Origin: an archaeon
Lineage (GTDB): Archaea > Thermoproteota > Nitrososphaeria > Nitrososphaerales > Gagatemarchaeaceae
Reading direction: 5' to 3'
Assembly (NCBI GenBank): GCA_021819035.1
Contig: JAKASL010000001.1
Span: 1,013,524 to 1,037,523, forward strand
Length of the DNA: 24,000 bases
Below are positions 14,114-22,249 of the stretch, one piece after another. The position numbers were made by a program, and so were the translations under genes. The notes below the pieces were generated by a model. That model was not told the DNA's origin. It was given only the letters and a program-made list of their open reading frames with translations, and ran no database searches. Each line of letters opens with the position of its first letter. The first letter of the stretch is position 1.

Positions 14114-15804
14114 GCGGCGGCCTCCTCCTTCAACCTCGCTGCGAAGTCCCCGACGCTCACCCCGAAGGTCTGCTCCCCGCCCCTCGTCCTGACGGCCACC
14201 GACCGCGAGGCCTCTTCCTTCTTCCCGACCACCAGCATGTAGGGTATCTTCTGGAGCTGGGCGTCCCTGATCTTCCCCCCCATGGTCCCGCTCCCGAAGT
14301 CTCCCTCCGCCCTCACCCCGGCTGACACCAGGGAAGAGAGCACGGCCGTCGCGTAGGGGAGGTGTTCGTCGGAGAGCGGGATGACCCTCGCCTGCACCGG
14401 GGAGAGCCAGACAGGGAGGGACCCCCTGTAATGCTCTAGGACCACCCCCATGAACCGCTCAAGGGAGCCCAGGATGGTCCTGTGCAGGACCACAGGGGTG
14501 TGCTCCTTGCCGTCAGACCCTGTGTAGCTGAGCTTGAACCTCTTCGGCATCTGGAAGTCCAGCTGGAAGGTCCCGCACTGCCACTCCCTCCCCAGGGAGT
14601 CTTTGACGTCTACGTCTATCTTGGGTGAGTAGAAGTTCCCCTCCTTCTCCTTGATCTCGTAGGGCCACCCCTTCGACTTCACCGCGCGGATGAGGGTCCC
14701 GGTCGCCCTCTCCCACTCGTCGTCCGTCCCCATCGAGTCGTCGGGCCTTGTGGATATCTTGACCTTGTACTGGAGGCCGAAGGTGCCGTAGACTCTCTCC
14801 ATCATCTCGAGCATCTTGGCCAGCTCTCCCTCCGCCTGCTCCTCCGTGGCTATGACGTGGGCGTCGTCCTGCGTGAGAGACTTGACCCTGAACAGGCCGC
14901 TGGACACCCCGCTCAGCTCGTTCCTGAATAGAGGGTCGAAGGCGGCGTACCTTACAGGGAGCTCACGAAAACTCCATTTCCTAGACCTGTAGATCAGGAA
15001 GTGCGAAGGGCAGTTCATCGGCTTGAGGCCCATCTCCTCGTCTCCCAGGGCGGTCAGGAACATGTTGTCCTTGTAATGCGCCGAGTGGCCGCTCACCTGC
15101 CAGAGGGCGGTGTTGGCCAGGGTGGGGGTGCTGACCTCCTGGTACCCTCCTTTGATGAGCTCGGCCCTCAGGAAGTCTACCAGCAGGTTCCTGAGCACCA
15201 GCCCCTTCGCGTGCAGGTAGACCATCCCCGGCGAGACCTCCTGGAAGCTGAACAGGTCGAGGCGCTCGCCTATGGTCCTATGGTCCCCTTCAGGGAGGCC
15301 GACGAAGTCGCTCCTCCTCAGCCTCCCCATGGCCTCGGCGTCCGTCAGCTCTCGCTTCGGCGTGCCCTTGGCCTGGGGACGGGCTGGAGCGGCGCCCCCT
15401 CCGTAGCTCCTGGACATCTCGGCGAGCGGGTGCCCCTTGACCTTGATCTGCAGCGCCTTGGTCCACCCGAACGGGGCCCTCCGCACCTCCAGCCCGGCGC
15501 CGGCCGCGTCCTTCTCCATCGTGAGGAGGAGCTGCAGCGCCTCTCCGGGGGGGGCCAGGTTCTGGCTCAGGTGGGCGAACGGGTAGATCATCACCCTAGT
15601 AGTCCCTAGCCTTGCCAGGAACTCCTTCGCCTCCGTCACCGCCTGCTTCACCAAGGCGGCGTCGTCTCCGGCCTCGAAGGCGGTGAAGAGCACGACGATG
15701 CCCTCTTCTCTGACTGTCCTCGGGTCCGCCTCCTCGGCCGCGCGTATCTCTTTCTTGATCGGAGTGTACTCTATGAAGTCGGCGTGCATCTGCAGTATCT
15801 TCAT
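14104..15804 (-). CDS. thrS: threonyl-tRNA synthetase with archaea-specific N-terminal editing domain
   Basis: ATG 15804 gives MKILQMHADFIEYTPIKK..., a DTD-like editing domain. Class II core with the MNCPSH zinc site, FRNELSG and HRTILGSLERF, plus a C-terminal anticodon-binding domain. The 43 upstream codons in the track ORF are R/G-rich and overlap the next gene. Confidence 0.9.
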   Translation of the reverse strand: MKILQMHADFIEYTPIKKEIRAAEEADPRTVREEGIVVLFTAFEAGDDAALVKQAVTEAKEFLARLGTTRVMIYPFAHLSQNLAPPGEALQLLLTMEKDAAGAGLEVRRAPFGWTKALQIKVKGHPLAEMSRSYGGGAAPARPQAKGTPKRELTDAEAMGRLRRSDFVGLPEGDHRTIGERLDLFSFQEVSPGMVYLHAKGLVLRNLLVDFLRAELIKGGYQEVSTPTLANTALWQVSGHSAHYKDNMFLTALGDEEMGLKPMNCPSHFLIYRSRKWSFRELPVRYAAFDPLFRNELSGVSSGLFRVKSLTQDDAHVIATEEQAEGELAKMLEMMERVYGTFGLQYKVKISTRPDDSMGTDDEWERATGTLIRAVKSKGWPYEIKEKEGNFYSPKIDVDVKDSLGREWQCGTFQLDFQMPKRFKLSYTGSDGKEHTPVVLHRTILGSLERFMGVVLEHYRGSLPVWLSPVQARVIPLSDEHLPYATAVLSSLVSAGVRAEGDFGSGTMGGKIRDAQLQKIPYMLVVGKKEEASRSVAVRTRGGEQTFGVSVGDFAARLKEEAAAHR

Positions 15805-15811
15805 GGCAGGT

Positions 15812-16015
15812 CTACCAGCGCGACCTCTCCAGGGTCCTCGACTTCTTCGTCGCCTTCTTCCACTGCTTGTAGTGGTCCCGACAGAGGTACACCCTCCGCC
15901 CCTCCCCCCCGACCGACAGCCCGCTCCCTCCAATCTCCTCCCTGCTGAGAGAGCGTTCTGCCTGGTTCCTGCACCCCGCCACCCCGCACCCTACCCCTTT
16001 GTCTATCTTCCCCAA
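15812..16015 (-). CDS. small Cys/His zinc-finger-like basic protein (67 aa), function unknown
   Basis: TTG start. Sequence MGKIDKGVGCGVAGCRNQAERSLS...VYLCRDHYKQWKKATKK has C10-x4-C15 ... C45-x2-H48. By hand count ~87% of codons end in G/C. It ends 8 nt upstream of thrS, and a TATATATA box lies ~30 nt upstream. Confidence 0.6.
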   Translation of the reverse strand: MGKIDKGVGCGVAGCRNQAERSLSREEIGGSGLSVGGEGRRVYLCRDHYKQWKKATKKSRTLERSRW

Positions 16016-16040
16016 GGCTAACGACTCCGCCTCCCTTTGG

Positions 16041-16050
16041 TATATATAGA
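16041..16050. promoter_or_regulatory. bidirectional TATA box (TATATATAGA)
   Basis: A palindromic TATATATA is centred ~29 nt from TTG 16015 (minus) and ~28 nt from GTG 16072 (plus). Confidence 0.65.
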
Positions 16051-16071
16051 AAACTAGGAGACCGCCGAGCC

Positions 16072-16674
16072 GTGCTGGATAGGCTGCGCGGGAGGCTCGA
16101 GTCGTCCCTGAGGTCCGTCGGGACCGTCTTCGCGAGAGTGGAGGGGTCCCCTACCGCGTGGACCACCGTGGGACTCGTACTTTCAGTCCTCGCCGCCGCA
16201 TCATACTCCACCGGGAGGTACCCCGGGGAGCTGCTCGGCGGTGTGCTGATACTCGTGGGTGGCTGGTTCGACGTCGTGGACGGCGCGGTCGCCCGGGTGA
16301 CAGGCAGGGTCTCGAAGAGGGGGGCGTTCCTCGACTCGACCATGGACAGGGTGGCCGAGGTTGCGCTCTTCACGGGGATACTGCTGGGGAAGTTCGCCGA
16401 CCCGGCTACGGTCCTCCTTGCCCTTTCGCTCAGCCTCCTCGTCAGCTACACGAGGGCCAAGGGTGACGCCCTCGGTGTCAGGCTCGCCGGGGTAGGGATA
16501 GGTGAGAGGAGCGAGAGGCTGCTGATAGTGGCCGTCTCCTCGCTGGCCGGGCTCCTCGGCTGGGGGCTCCTCCTTGTGATAGGGGTCGCCGGCTTCACTT
16601 TCGTAGAGCGGACCTACACGGCGGCCAAGGGACTGGGGGCCGAGAGGTCGGATGCGGCGGCGACCCCTCCATAG
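16072..16674 (+). CDS. CDP-alcohol phosphatidyltransferase family protein (archaeal polar-lipid head-group synthase)
   Basis: 200 aa, polytopic. The signature D-x2-DG-x2-AR-x8-G-x3-D-x3-D is present as DVVDGAVARVTGRVSKRGAFLDSTMDRVAE. The head-group specificity cannot be read from the sequence. Confidence 0.85.
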   Translation: MLDRLRGRLESSLRSVGTVFARVEGSPTAWTTVGLVLSVLAAASYSTGRYPGELLGGVLILVGGWFDVVDGAVARVTGRVSKRGAFLDSTMDRVAEVALFTGILLGKFADPATVLLALSLSLLVSYTRAKGDALGVRLAGVGIGERSERLLIVAVSSLAGLLGWGLLLVIGVAGFTFVERTYTAAKGLGAERSDAAATPP

Positions 16675-16903
16675 CCACCCGTGCGCAGACGCGCGCCCCG
16701 TCCGGACATCGCCGCCCGGGGGAACCCAGTCAGACCAGCCGGGGGGTCAGGAAAGGACGCGGGCGTCCCGCCCCAAGCTCCTCCGGAGCACCCCGAAGAG
16801 GCCGAAGCGCACGCCTCGACCTCCCTGTAGGGTCACCGGGGTCCAAAGGGCACGAGGGCCGGGCGGCCCTTGACTGCCTGCGGTCAGGCTCAAGGCGGCG
16901 AAG

Positions 16904-16913
16904 CGTATTTCTA
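16904..16913 (+). promoter_or_regulatory. TATA-like box (CGTATTTCTA) upstream of the cyclophilin gene
   Basis: Centred ~32 nt upstream of TTG 16942. The 10-mer is identical to that at 3966-3975. Confidence 0.45.
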
Positions 16914-16941
16914 CGGTCCCGGGGACGCCTGGGGCCTAGAC

Positions 16942-17658
16942 TTGGTTGACAAGCCAGGCAGGCGGAAGACGCGGAAGACCTCATGGGGGAAGATAGCCGG
17001 CCTCGCGATAGTAGCGCTCCTGATCGGGGGTGCAGGCTGGGAGATATACTGGACGTACATCTATCAGGCTCCCCCGGTCTACGCGAAGCTGGGGACTAGC
17101 CAGGGTTACATATACCTAGAGCTCTATCCGAGCTGCGCCCCCGCGGCGGTGGCCAACTTCGTCAACCTCACGAACTCTGGGTTCTACGACGACCTGGTCT
17201 GGCACAGGATAATGCCTGGCTTCGTGGTCCAGACCGGAGACCCGAACACCCGCGGGGCCGTGAACAGCACCAGGTCTACCTGGGGGCAGGGAGGCTCGAG
17301 CCAGTCGGTCCCGTTCGAATGGTGCGGCAAGCTCAACAACGACGCGGGGTATCTGGGGATGGCCAGCACGTCTCCGAAGGGCCCGTCGACGTCCCAGTTC
17401 TTCATCAACCTTGTCAACAATCCCAGCCTAGACGGCAACTACACCGTCTTCGGCAAGGTGATATCAGGGATGAGCGCAGTCTGTGCCCTGGCGAACCCGA
17501 GCACAGACCCGACCTACGGGAAGACAGAGCCCTCCCTGCCTTCGTCTTCCCCTTACTATACCCAGCCTGCCTACACCGCAAAGGCGATGCTGAACAACGC
17601 CACCATCATACCGGCCTCCGAAGCGCCGCCGCCGCAGACGCCCACGCCTTGCTCGTAG
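16942..17658 (+). CDS. cyclophilin-type peptidyl-prolyl cis-trans isomerase with N-terminal membrane anchor
   Basis: Cyclophilin core: FYDDLVWHRIMPGFVVQTGDP, QFFINL, YTVFGKV. Preceded by the TM segment IAGLAIVALLIGGAGW. The start is TTG 16942 (box spacing) or TTG 16870 (track). Confidence 0.85.
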   Translation: MVDKPGRRKTRKTSWGKIAGLAIVALLIGGAGWEIYWTYIYQAPPVYAKLGTSQGYIYLELYPSCAPAAVANFVNLTNSGFYDDLVWHRIMPGFVVQTGDPNTRGAVNSTRSTWGQGGSSQSVPFEWCGKLNNDAGYLGMASTSPKGPSTSQFFINLVNNPSLDGNYTVFGKVISGMSAVCALANPSTDPTYGKTEPSLPSSSPYYTQPAYTAKAMLNNATIIPASEAPPPQTPTPCS

Positions 17659-17763
17659 CCCCCGGCCCGAGCTAGAAGCGGTATAGGGGGACCCACCTGT
17701 GGCGAGAGCGGCATCAAAAGTCAGGGACCCCGCCGCTGCGCAAAGGTGACAGACGCCGGGTCG

Positions 17764-18039
17764 CTACCAGGAACGCCGCTCTGACTTGGCCCTGACCTTC
17801 ACTATGCCATAGTGAACGGCGCAGGACACGCAGTAGTAGGCGACCTGGGTGGGGGAGGCGATGTATGCCCCCGCGGCCCTGAGTTCCCTGGCGAGGGTCG
17901 GCTCGACAAGGCTGGTCCGCTTGGTGACCTTCTTCGCCTTGTCTCTGGGGACGGACGCCCCGCAGTTGCTGCAGTAGACGGTGTCGCTGCGGCCCTTCCC
18001 TCCTTTGGACCGTCCTCTGCTCTTCCTCTTCTTTGACAA
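17764..18039 (-). CDS. rps26e: 30S ribosomal protein S26e
   Basis: MSKKRKSRGRSKGGKGRSDTVYCSNCGASVPRDKAKK...YCVSCAVH matches the S26e N-terminus and its Cys pairs. TTG start. Confidence 0.9.
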   Translation of the reverse strand: MSKKRKSRGRSKGGKGRSDTVYCSNCGASVPRDKAKKVTKRTSLVEPTLARELRAAGAYIASPTQVAYYCVSCAVHYGIVKVRAKSERRSW

Positions 18040-18062
18040 GGCAGGCCGGACCCTGCTCGTCC

Positions 18063-18073
18063 CTCTTTAAACC
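18063..18073 (-). promoter_or_regulatory. TATA box of rps26e
   Basis: The reverse strand reads GGTTTAAAGAG, centred ~30 nt upstream of TTG 18039. Confidence 0.55.
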
Positions 18074-18273
18074 TATGGAGCGGACCTGTCCGTCCGGGCG
18101 TCAGAGGGAGAGGAGGATCGATTCGGAGCAGCCCGCGCTCCACGTAGCCGGACGGAGCGCTCGACGCGCACGAGAGACACCAGAGGTGTGCCTCAACCGG
18201 CCCGAGGGGGTAGAGGGCCCCGATGAGACATGGGGATTCCAGTCCCCGCGCTCGAGCGTCGGGGGACCGGATG

Positions 18274-19677
18274 CTAGACAGGCGCTTCTTCGGCAGGTTG
18301 GGCAGACCGCATGGGGATCCCGACCTTCACCCCTGTCTCACCGGAGGCAACTCCCACGCTGACCCCTTTCCCTGTCTCTATCCCTCTGAGAGCCCAGGCG
18401 ACCGCCCCGACCAGGCCGAGCGTCCATATCAGTGCGTTGAACAGTGTGTACTGAGAGAGGCTGAAGCCCGATGTGGCGTAGATGGCTACGGTGTCGATTA
18501 TCCCGATGGACACGACCCTGGGAATCGCAGTGAGGAGGCCTCTGTGCTCGGTCGGCCACACCTCCCCCTTGAGCGTGTCCTCGCTCAGGTAGTTGACCCC
18601 GACGAACAGGTTGAGCGCGACCAGGAGTATCCAGAAGAAGGTCAGGCTCGTCGACCACTCAGGAACCAGAAGGTAGATGGCATAAGTCACCGCGGCGACC
18701 CCCACCGAAGAGTAGAGCAACATCCCTACCCTGCTGAGCCGGTCAGCGAGTGTCGCGACGAAAGCCCCAACCACGAAGCCTACGAGGTTCGCGACCAGGA
18801 TTATGTCTGCCGTCAGGTTTGGGAAGTAATATGGCCCCAGCACGTACGTCATAAGGCCGAAGCCGACGGCGTTGGCCGTCGCCACGGCGGTCGTGACGAA
18901 GAGCTTCAGCGGGATCCCGGGCCTCCTCCCTCCAATAGCGCCGCCGGGGGCCGCAGATGCAGCGGCATTGACTGCCGGAGCGCTGGCGGCGGCGACCTGC
19001 GCCTGGCCCTGCGGGTAGTACTTCGCGTACTCGCGGGCGGCGCGCTCGGTCTTCCCCTTCCTCTCCAGCCACCTGATTGACTCAGGCATCTTCCACCTGC
19101 TGTAAGCGAGGACCACCAGTATCGGGATGAAAGTGAGCCCTATCATCTCGCGCTGGAAGATGACCTGCCCGTAGGCCGCGCTGAGCGCTACCGCGGCCAG
19201 CAGCACCCCGCCGACGTTGATGAAGTTGATTTCCCAGAACATCGCCTTCCCTCTGTGCTTGCGGGGCATCACCTCGTGGGTCGCCGCCATTATGGTGTTC
19301 ATCTCCCCGCCTGCCGCGAACAGAAGCATGGCGAGGAAGAGCAGCACGAGGGCGTACGTCCCGCTGAGGAGTATCCCGACACCGCCGACGGCGTACAGCG
19401 ACATCGTCACATAGAACATGGTCTTCCTCCCTACCCTGTCAGCCATCGGCCCTGCGAAGATTATCCCTATCGCGAGCCAGATAGGCGCCCATGCCAGCAA
19501 CGAGCTCTTGAGGAAGGAGTTGATGACAGGGTACCAGCCCGTCGCCACGGAAGAGAGGCCGTAGATGTAGGCTTCAAGGAGCATCCCAAAGCTGAACGCG
19601 ATAAAAGTCCAAGTATGGACCGAGGTCCAGGCGGACTCCTCGACGTTATCGGCCATTTGGGTGGTGGCCAAACGCAT
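18274..19677 (-). CDS. MFS transporter (sugar-porter-like)
   Basis: About 12 hydrophobic spans, with PESIRWLERKGKTERA after the sixth span as in sugar porters, and an Ala-rich central loop. The ATG at 19677 matches the TATA spacing (ATG 19656 is an alternative). The first 71 codons of the track ORF are R/P-rich. Confidence 0.8.
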   Translation of the reverse strand: MRLATTQMADNVEESAWTSVHTWTFIAFSFGMLLEAYIYGLSSVATGWYPVINSFLKSSLLAWAPIWLAIGIIFAGPMADRVGRKTMFYVTMSLYAVGGVGILLSGTYALVLLFLAMLLFAAGGEMNTIMAATHEVMPRKHRGKAMFWEINFINVGGVLLAAVALSAAYGQVIFQREMIGLTFIPILVVLAYSRWKMPESIRWLERKGKTERAAREYAKYYPQGQAQVAAASAPAVNAAASAAPGGAIGGRRPGIPLKLFVTTAVATANAVGFGLMTYVLGPYYFPNLTADIILVANLVGFVVGAFVATLADRLSRVGMLLYSSVGVAAVTYAIYLLVPEWSTSLTFFWILLVALNLFVGVNYLSEDTLKGEVWPTEHRGLLTAIPRVVSIGIIDTVAIYATSGFSLSQYTLFNALIWTLGLVGAVAWALRGIETGKGVSVGVASGETGVKVGIPMRSAQPAEEAPV

Positions 19678-19695
19678 ACGCCATCCTACCCCGAT

Positions 19696-19705
19696 TCTAT
19701 AAAGG
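19696..19705 (-). promoter_or_regulatory. TATA box of the MFS transporter gene
   Basis: The reverse strand reads CCTTTATAGA, centred ~24-27 nt upstream of ATG 19677 (leaderless). Confidence 0.5.
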
Positions 19706-19814
19706 TAATGAAGCAGCGCCTTCTCCCATCGCGCTCCCTGCGGCTCGTGGCGAGGGCGCTCGCCGGCGGTCCCCTCCGATGGGGAGGCTTGGTGTCCGGC
19801 CCTTTCTTTCCAAA

Positions 19815-19825
19815 GTCTTAATTCC
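19815..19825 (+). promoter_or_regulatory. TATA-like box of the PfkB kinase gene
   Basis: GTCTTAATTCC is centred 30 nt upstream of ATG 19850. Confidence 0.45.
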
Positions 19826-19849
19826 GCCTGTAGGGGCGGACGCGGCCGA

Positions 19850-20764
19850 ATGAAGGTCTTGGTCGCCGGCTTCGTGACCATAGACACCATCCAGCTGCCG
19901 ACGCGCCAGGTGATGTCCGTGGGGGGGCCCCCCTCCTATGCTGGGCTGCTCTGCGCGAGGTTCGGGCACGAAGTGACCCTTCTGACGAGGGTGGGCGCGG
20001 ACTTCCCGGACGACCAGGCGGTGTGGCTGATGAGGAACGGGGTCGTCCTCCGGGCTGCGGACAGGAGCCTCACCAAGCCTACCACGAGGTTCAGCATCTC
20101 CAACAGCGCTGAGGCGAGGACGCTAAGGCTGACAAGCAGGTGCGACGACGTGAGCACCGCTCAGCTCCCTCCGGACACGAGGTTCAACGCCGCCCTGGTC
20201 AGCCCTGTGGCTGGCGAGGTGTCTCTCCCCCTCCTAGACGAGATAGCAGCCCGGAGCGAGTTCGTCTTCCTCGACCCGCAGGGTTTCATCAGGTCCTTCG
20301 GCGCAGACGGGACGGTGACATTCTCCCCGCCGCGTGACCCGAACATCCTCGCCGGGGTCGACGCCGTGAAGATGGACAGGACAGAGGCGGAGATGCTCAC
20401 CGGCAAGGGCGACCCGGTGGAGGCCCTCGGCAAGGTGTCTGCGCTCGGCATAAGGAAGGGGATCGTCACGCAGGGCGGGGATTCGTGCTACGTCCTCGAC
20501 GGTTCCAAGGTCTACCGGGTGGGGGTCCCCAGGGCCCCGGTGCTCGACAGCACCGGCGCTGGAGACGTGCTGAGCGGCGCGACTGTCTCCTGGTACCTCA
20601 AGACCAGGGACTTCCTCAGGAGCGCCTGCTTCGGGATTGCGGCGTCTTCCCTCTCGCTTCAGATGATAGCGCTGGCGAAGGTTGACCTCCCCATGAGCGT
20701 CGACGAGACTTCGGTCAGGCTGTTTTCAGCCGCGAATCCTGTCGCGACCCTGCGGGCGGTCTAG
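19850..20764 (+). CDS. PfkB/ribokinase-family carbohydrate kinase
   Basis: 304 aa. The N-terminal G-rich beta strand (VLVAGFVTIDT) and the C-terminal DSTGAGDVLSGA anion-hole motif are typical of the family. Substrate unknown. Confidence 0.85.
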   Translation: MKVLVAGFVTIDTIQLPTRQVMSVGGPPSYAGLLCARFGHEVTLLTRVGADFPDDQAVWLMRNGVVLRAADRSLTKPTTRFSISNSAEARTLRLTSRCDDVSTAQLPPDTRFNAALVSPVAGEVSLPLLDEIAARSEFVFLDPQGFIRSFGADGTVTFSPPRDPNILAGVDAVKMDRTEAEMLTGKGDPVEALGKVSALGIRKGIVTQGGDSCYVLDGSKVYRVGVPRAPVLDSTGAGDVLSGATVSWYLKTRDFLRSACFGIAASSLSLQMIALAKVDLPMSVDETSVRLFSAANPVATLRAV

Positions 20765-22203
20765 TAGGACTTCCCGTAGAGGGCGACAGTAGGGGCGTCC
20801 TTCCCGCAGGCCACGCACCCCCCGCTCCGGGGTTCCTGGTCCAAGGGGATGTTGAGTATCTTCCCACCGGCCGCGCCCCTCGCCTTCTCCTCGCACCCCG
20901 GGTCCCCGCACCATCGGATGCGGACTATCCCACCTTCCCTCGCCATCACATCCTTCAGCTCGTCCAGGGTCCGAGCGTCGTGGGTGTTCTTCCGAAGCGC
21001 CTCGGTGGCCCGGGCGAGCAGGTTGGACTGGATTGCGTCCAGCTCCTTGGAGACTTCGGCGGCCAGGGTCGCAATCTTGACGGTCCGCTTCCCCCCGGTG
21101 TCCCTCCTGACAAGGACGGCCTGCCCTTCCCTCATGTCCCTGGGCCCGAACTCGATCCTGAGGGGGACGCCCTTGAGCTCCCACTCGTTGAACTTCCTCC
21201 CGGGGGTGAGGTGGTCCCTGTCGTCGAAGTGGGACCTGAAGCCTGAAAGGGCTCCCATCAGCTTCCTCGCCTCGGCGAGGACGGCCTGCTTGCCTTCGTC
21301 GTTGACTATGGGGACCAGGACGACCTGGACGGCCGAAAGCCTGGGGGGGACGACCGCCCCCCTGTCGTCGCTGTGCACAGCTAGCATGACGCCTATCTCC
21401 CTGGTGGAGATGGCCCAGGTGTTCTGGTAGGCGAACTGCTTCTCCCCCCCCTTGTCGACGAAGACTATCCCGAAGGCCCTCGAGAAGTTCTGGCCGTCTG
21501 CGTGCCAGTCGGGCCCCTGGATTGCCTTGCCGTCCGGGAGGAGGTGCTCGATGCTGTAGGTCCCCTCCGCCCCTGCGAAGGTCTCACCCCTGGTCTTCTT
21601 CCCCAGGTAGCCGGGCAGGGCGAGGTACTCCTCGGTCACCTTGCGGTACATCCCGAGGATCTGGTCCCGCTCCGCCTCGGCCTCCTCTCGTGTAGCGAAA
21701 AGGGAGTGCCCCTCGTTCCAGAGGAACTCTCTGGACCTGAGTATGAACGTCGGGTTCTTGAACTCCCAGCGGACCACGTTGTTCCACTGGTTCAGCCTCA
21801 TGGGGAGGTCCCTCCACGACCTGACCCAGCGGGAGACCACCTCGTACATGAGCGACTCCGAAGTCGGGCGTATGGCAAGCCTCTCCTCGAGCTTCGAGCT
21901 CCCGGCCTCGGTGACCCAGGCGACCTCGGGGGCGAACCCCTCCACGTGCTCGGCCTCCTTCTTCAGGAGGCGCTCGGGGATGAAGAGGGGGAAGTAGGTG
22001 TTGGAGATGCCCGCCTTCTTGAACAGGGCATCGGTCTCCCGCTGGATGTTCTCCCAGATCGCATATCCCGATGGCCTGTAGACCACGCACCCGGAGACTG
22101 GGCTGTAGTCAGCGATCTCAGACTTCAGGATGACCTGCGTATACCACTCGTCGAAGTTCTCTGCCTTCTTGGCGGTGATCCCTTCTTGGCTCGCCCCTGA
22201 CAT
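20761..22203 (-). CDS. proS: prolyl-tRNA synthetase (archaeal/eukaryal type)
   Basis: 480 aa. The N-terminus FDEWYTQVILKSEIADYSPVSGCVVYRPSGYAIWE, the class II core and the C-terminal Zn-binding domain ending ...CVACGKDAPTVALYGKSY are characteristic. Confidence 0.95.
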   Translation of the reverse strand: MSGASQEGITAKKAENFDEWYTQVILKSEIADYSPVSGCVVYRPSGYAIWENIQRETDALFKKAGISNTYFPLFIPERLLKKEAEHVEGFAPEVAWVTEAGSSKLEERLAIRPTSESLMYEVVSRWVRSWRDLPMRLNQWNNVVRWEFKNPTFILRSREFLWNEGHSLFATREEAEAERDQILGMYRKVTEEYLALPGYLGKKTRGETFAGAEGTYSIEHLLPDGKAIQGPDWHADGQNFSRAFGIVFVDKGGEKQFAYQNTWAISTREIGVMLAVHSDDRGAVVPPRLSAVQVVLVPIVNDEGKQAVLAEARKLMGALSGFRSHFDDRDHLTPGRKFNEWELKGVPLRIEFGPRDMREGQAVLVRRDTGGKRTVKIATLAAEVSKELDAIQSNLLARATEALRKNTHDARTLDELKDVMAREGGIVRIRWCGDPGCEEKARGAAGGKILNIPLDQEPRSGGCVACGKDAPTVALYGKSY

Positions 22204-22227
22204 GAAACTCTGCCCTGCCCCCGCCGG

Positions 22228-22237
22228 CTCTTAATGA
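22228..22237 (-). promoter_or_regulatory. TATA-like box of proS
   Basis: The reverse strand reads TCATTAAGAG, centred 30 nt upstream of ATG 22203. Confidence 0.45.
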
Positions 22238-22249
22238 ACATGCCTCGTG

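Noticed and set aside
15805-15933. N-terminal extensions in longest-ORF calls (thrS to 15933, MFS to 19890, rpoP to 4244, ORF 7136, ORF 8157, DegT to 6203)
   Set aside because: The extensions are R/G/P-rich and run through promoter boxes or neighbouring genes. They also exceed the family-typical N-termini. Internal starts fit the regular box-to-start spacing. DegT's ATG 6203 remains a possible alternative.
18154-18254. Possible intron-containing tRNA in the rps26e / MFS spacer (GAGCGC...GCGCUC pairing, GGGG-N8-CCCC hairpin)
   Set aside because: The candidate T-loop (AUUCCAGU) does not match the UUCRANN consensus. The D-arm and anticodon-arm assignments conflict with each other, and the acceptor helix has only 6 bp with a mismatch. 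It is more likely promoter/3'-UTR sequence.
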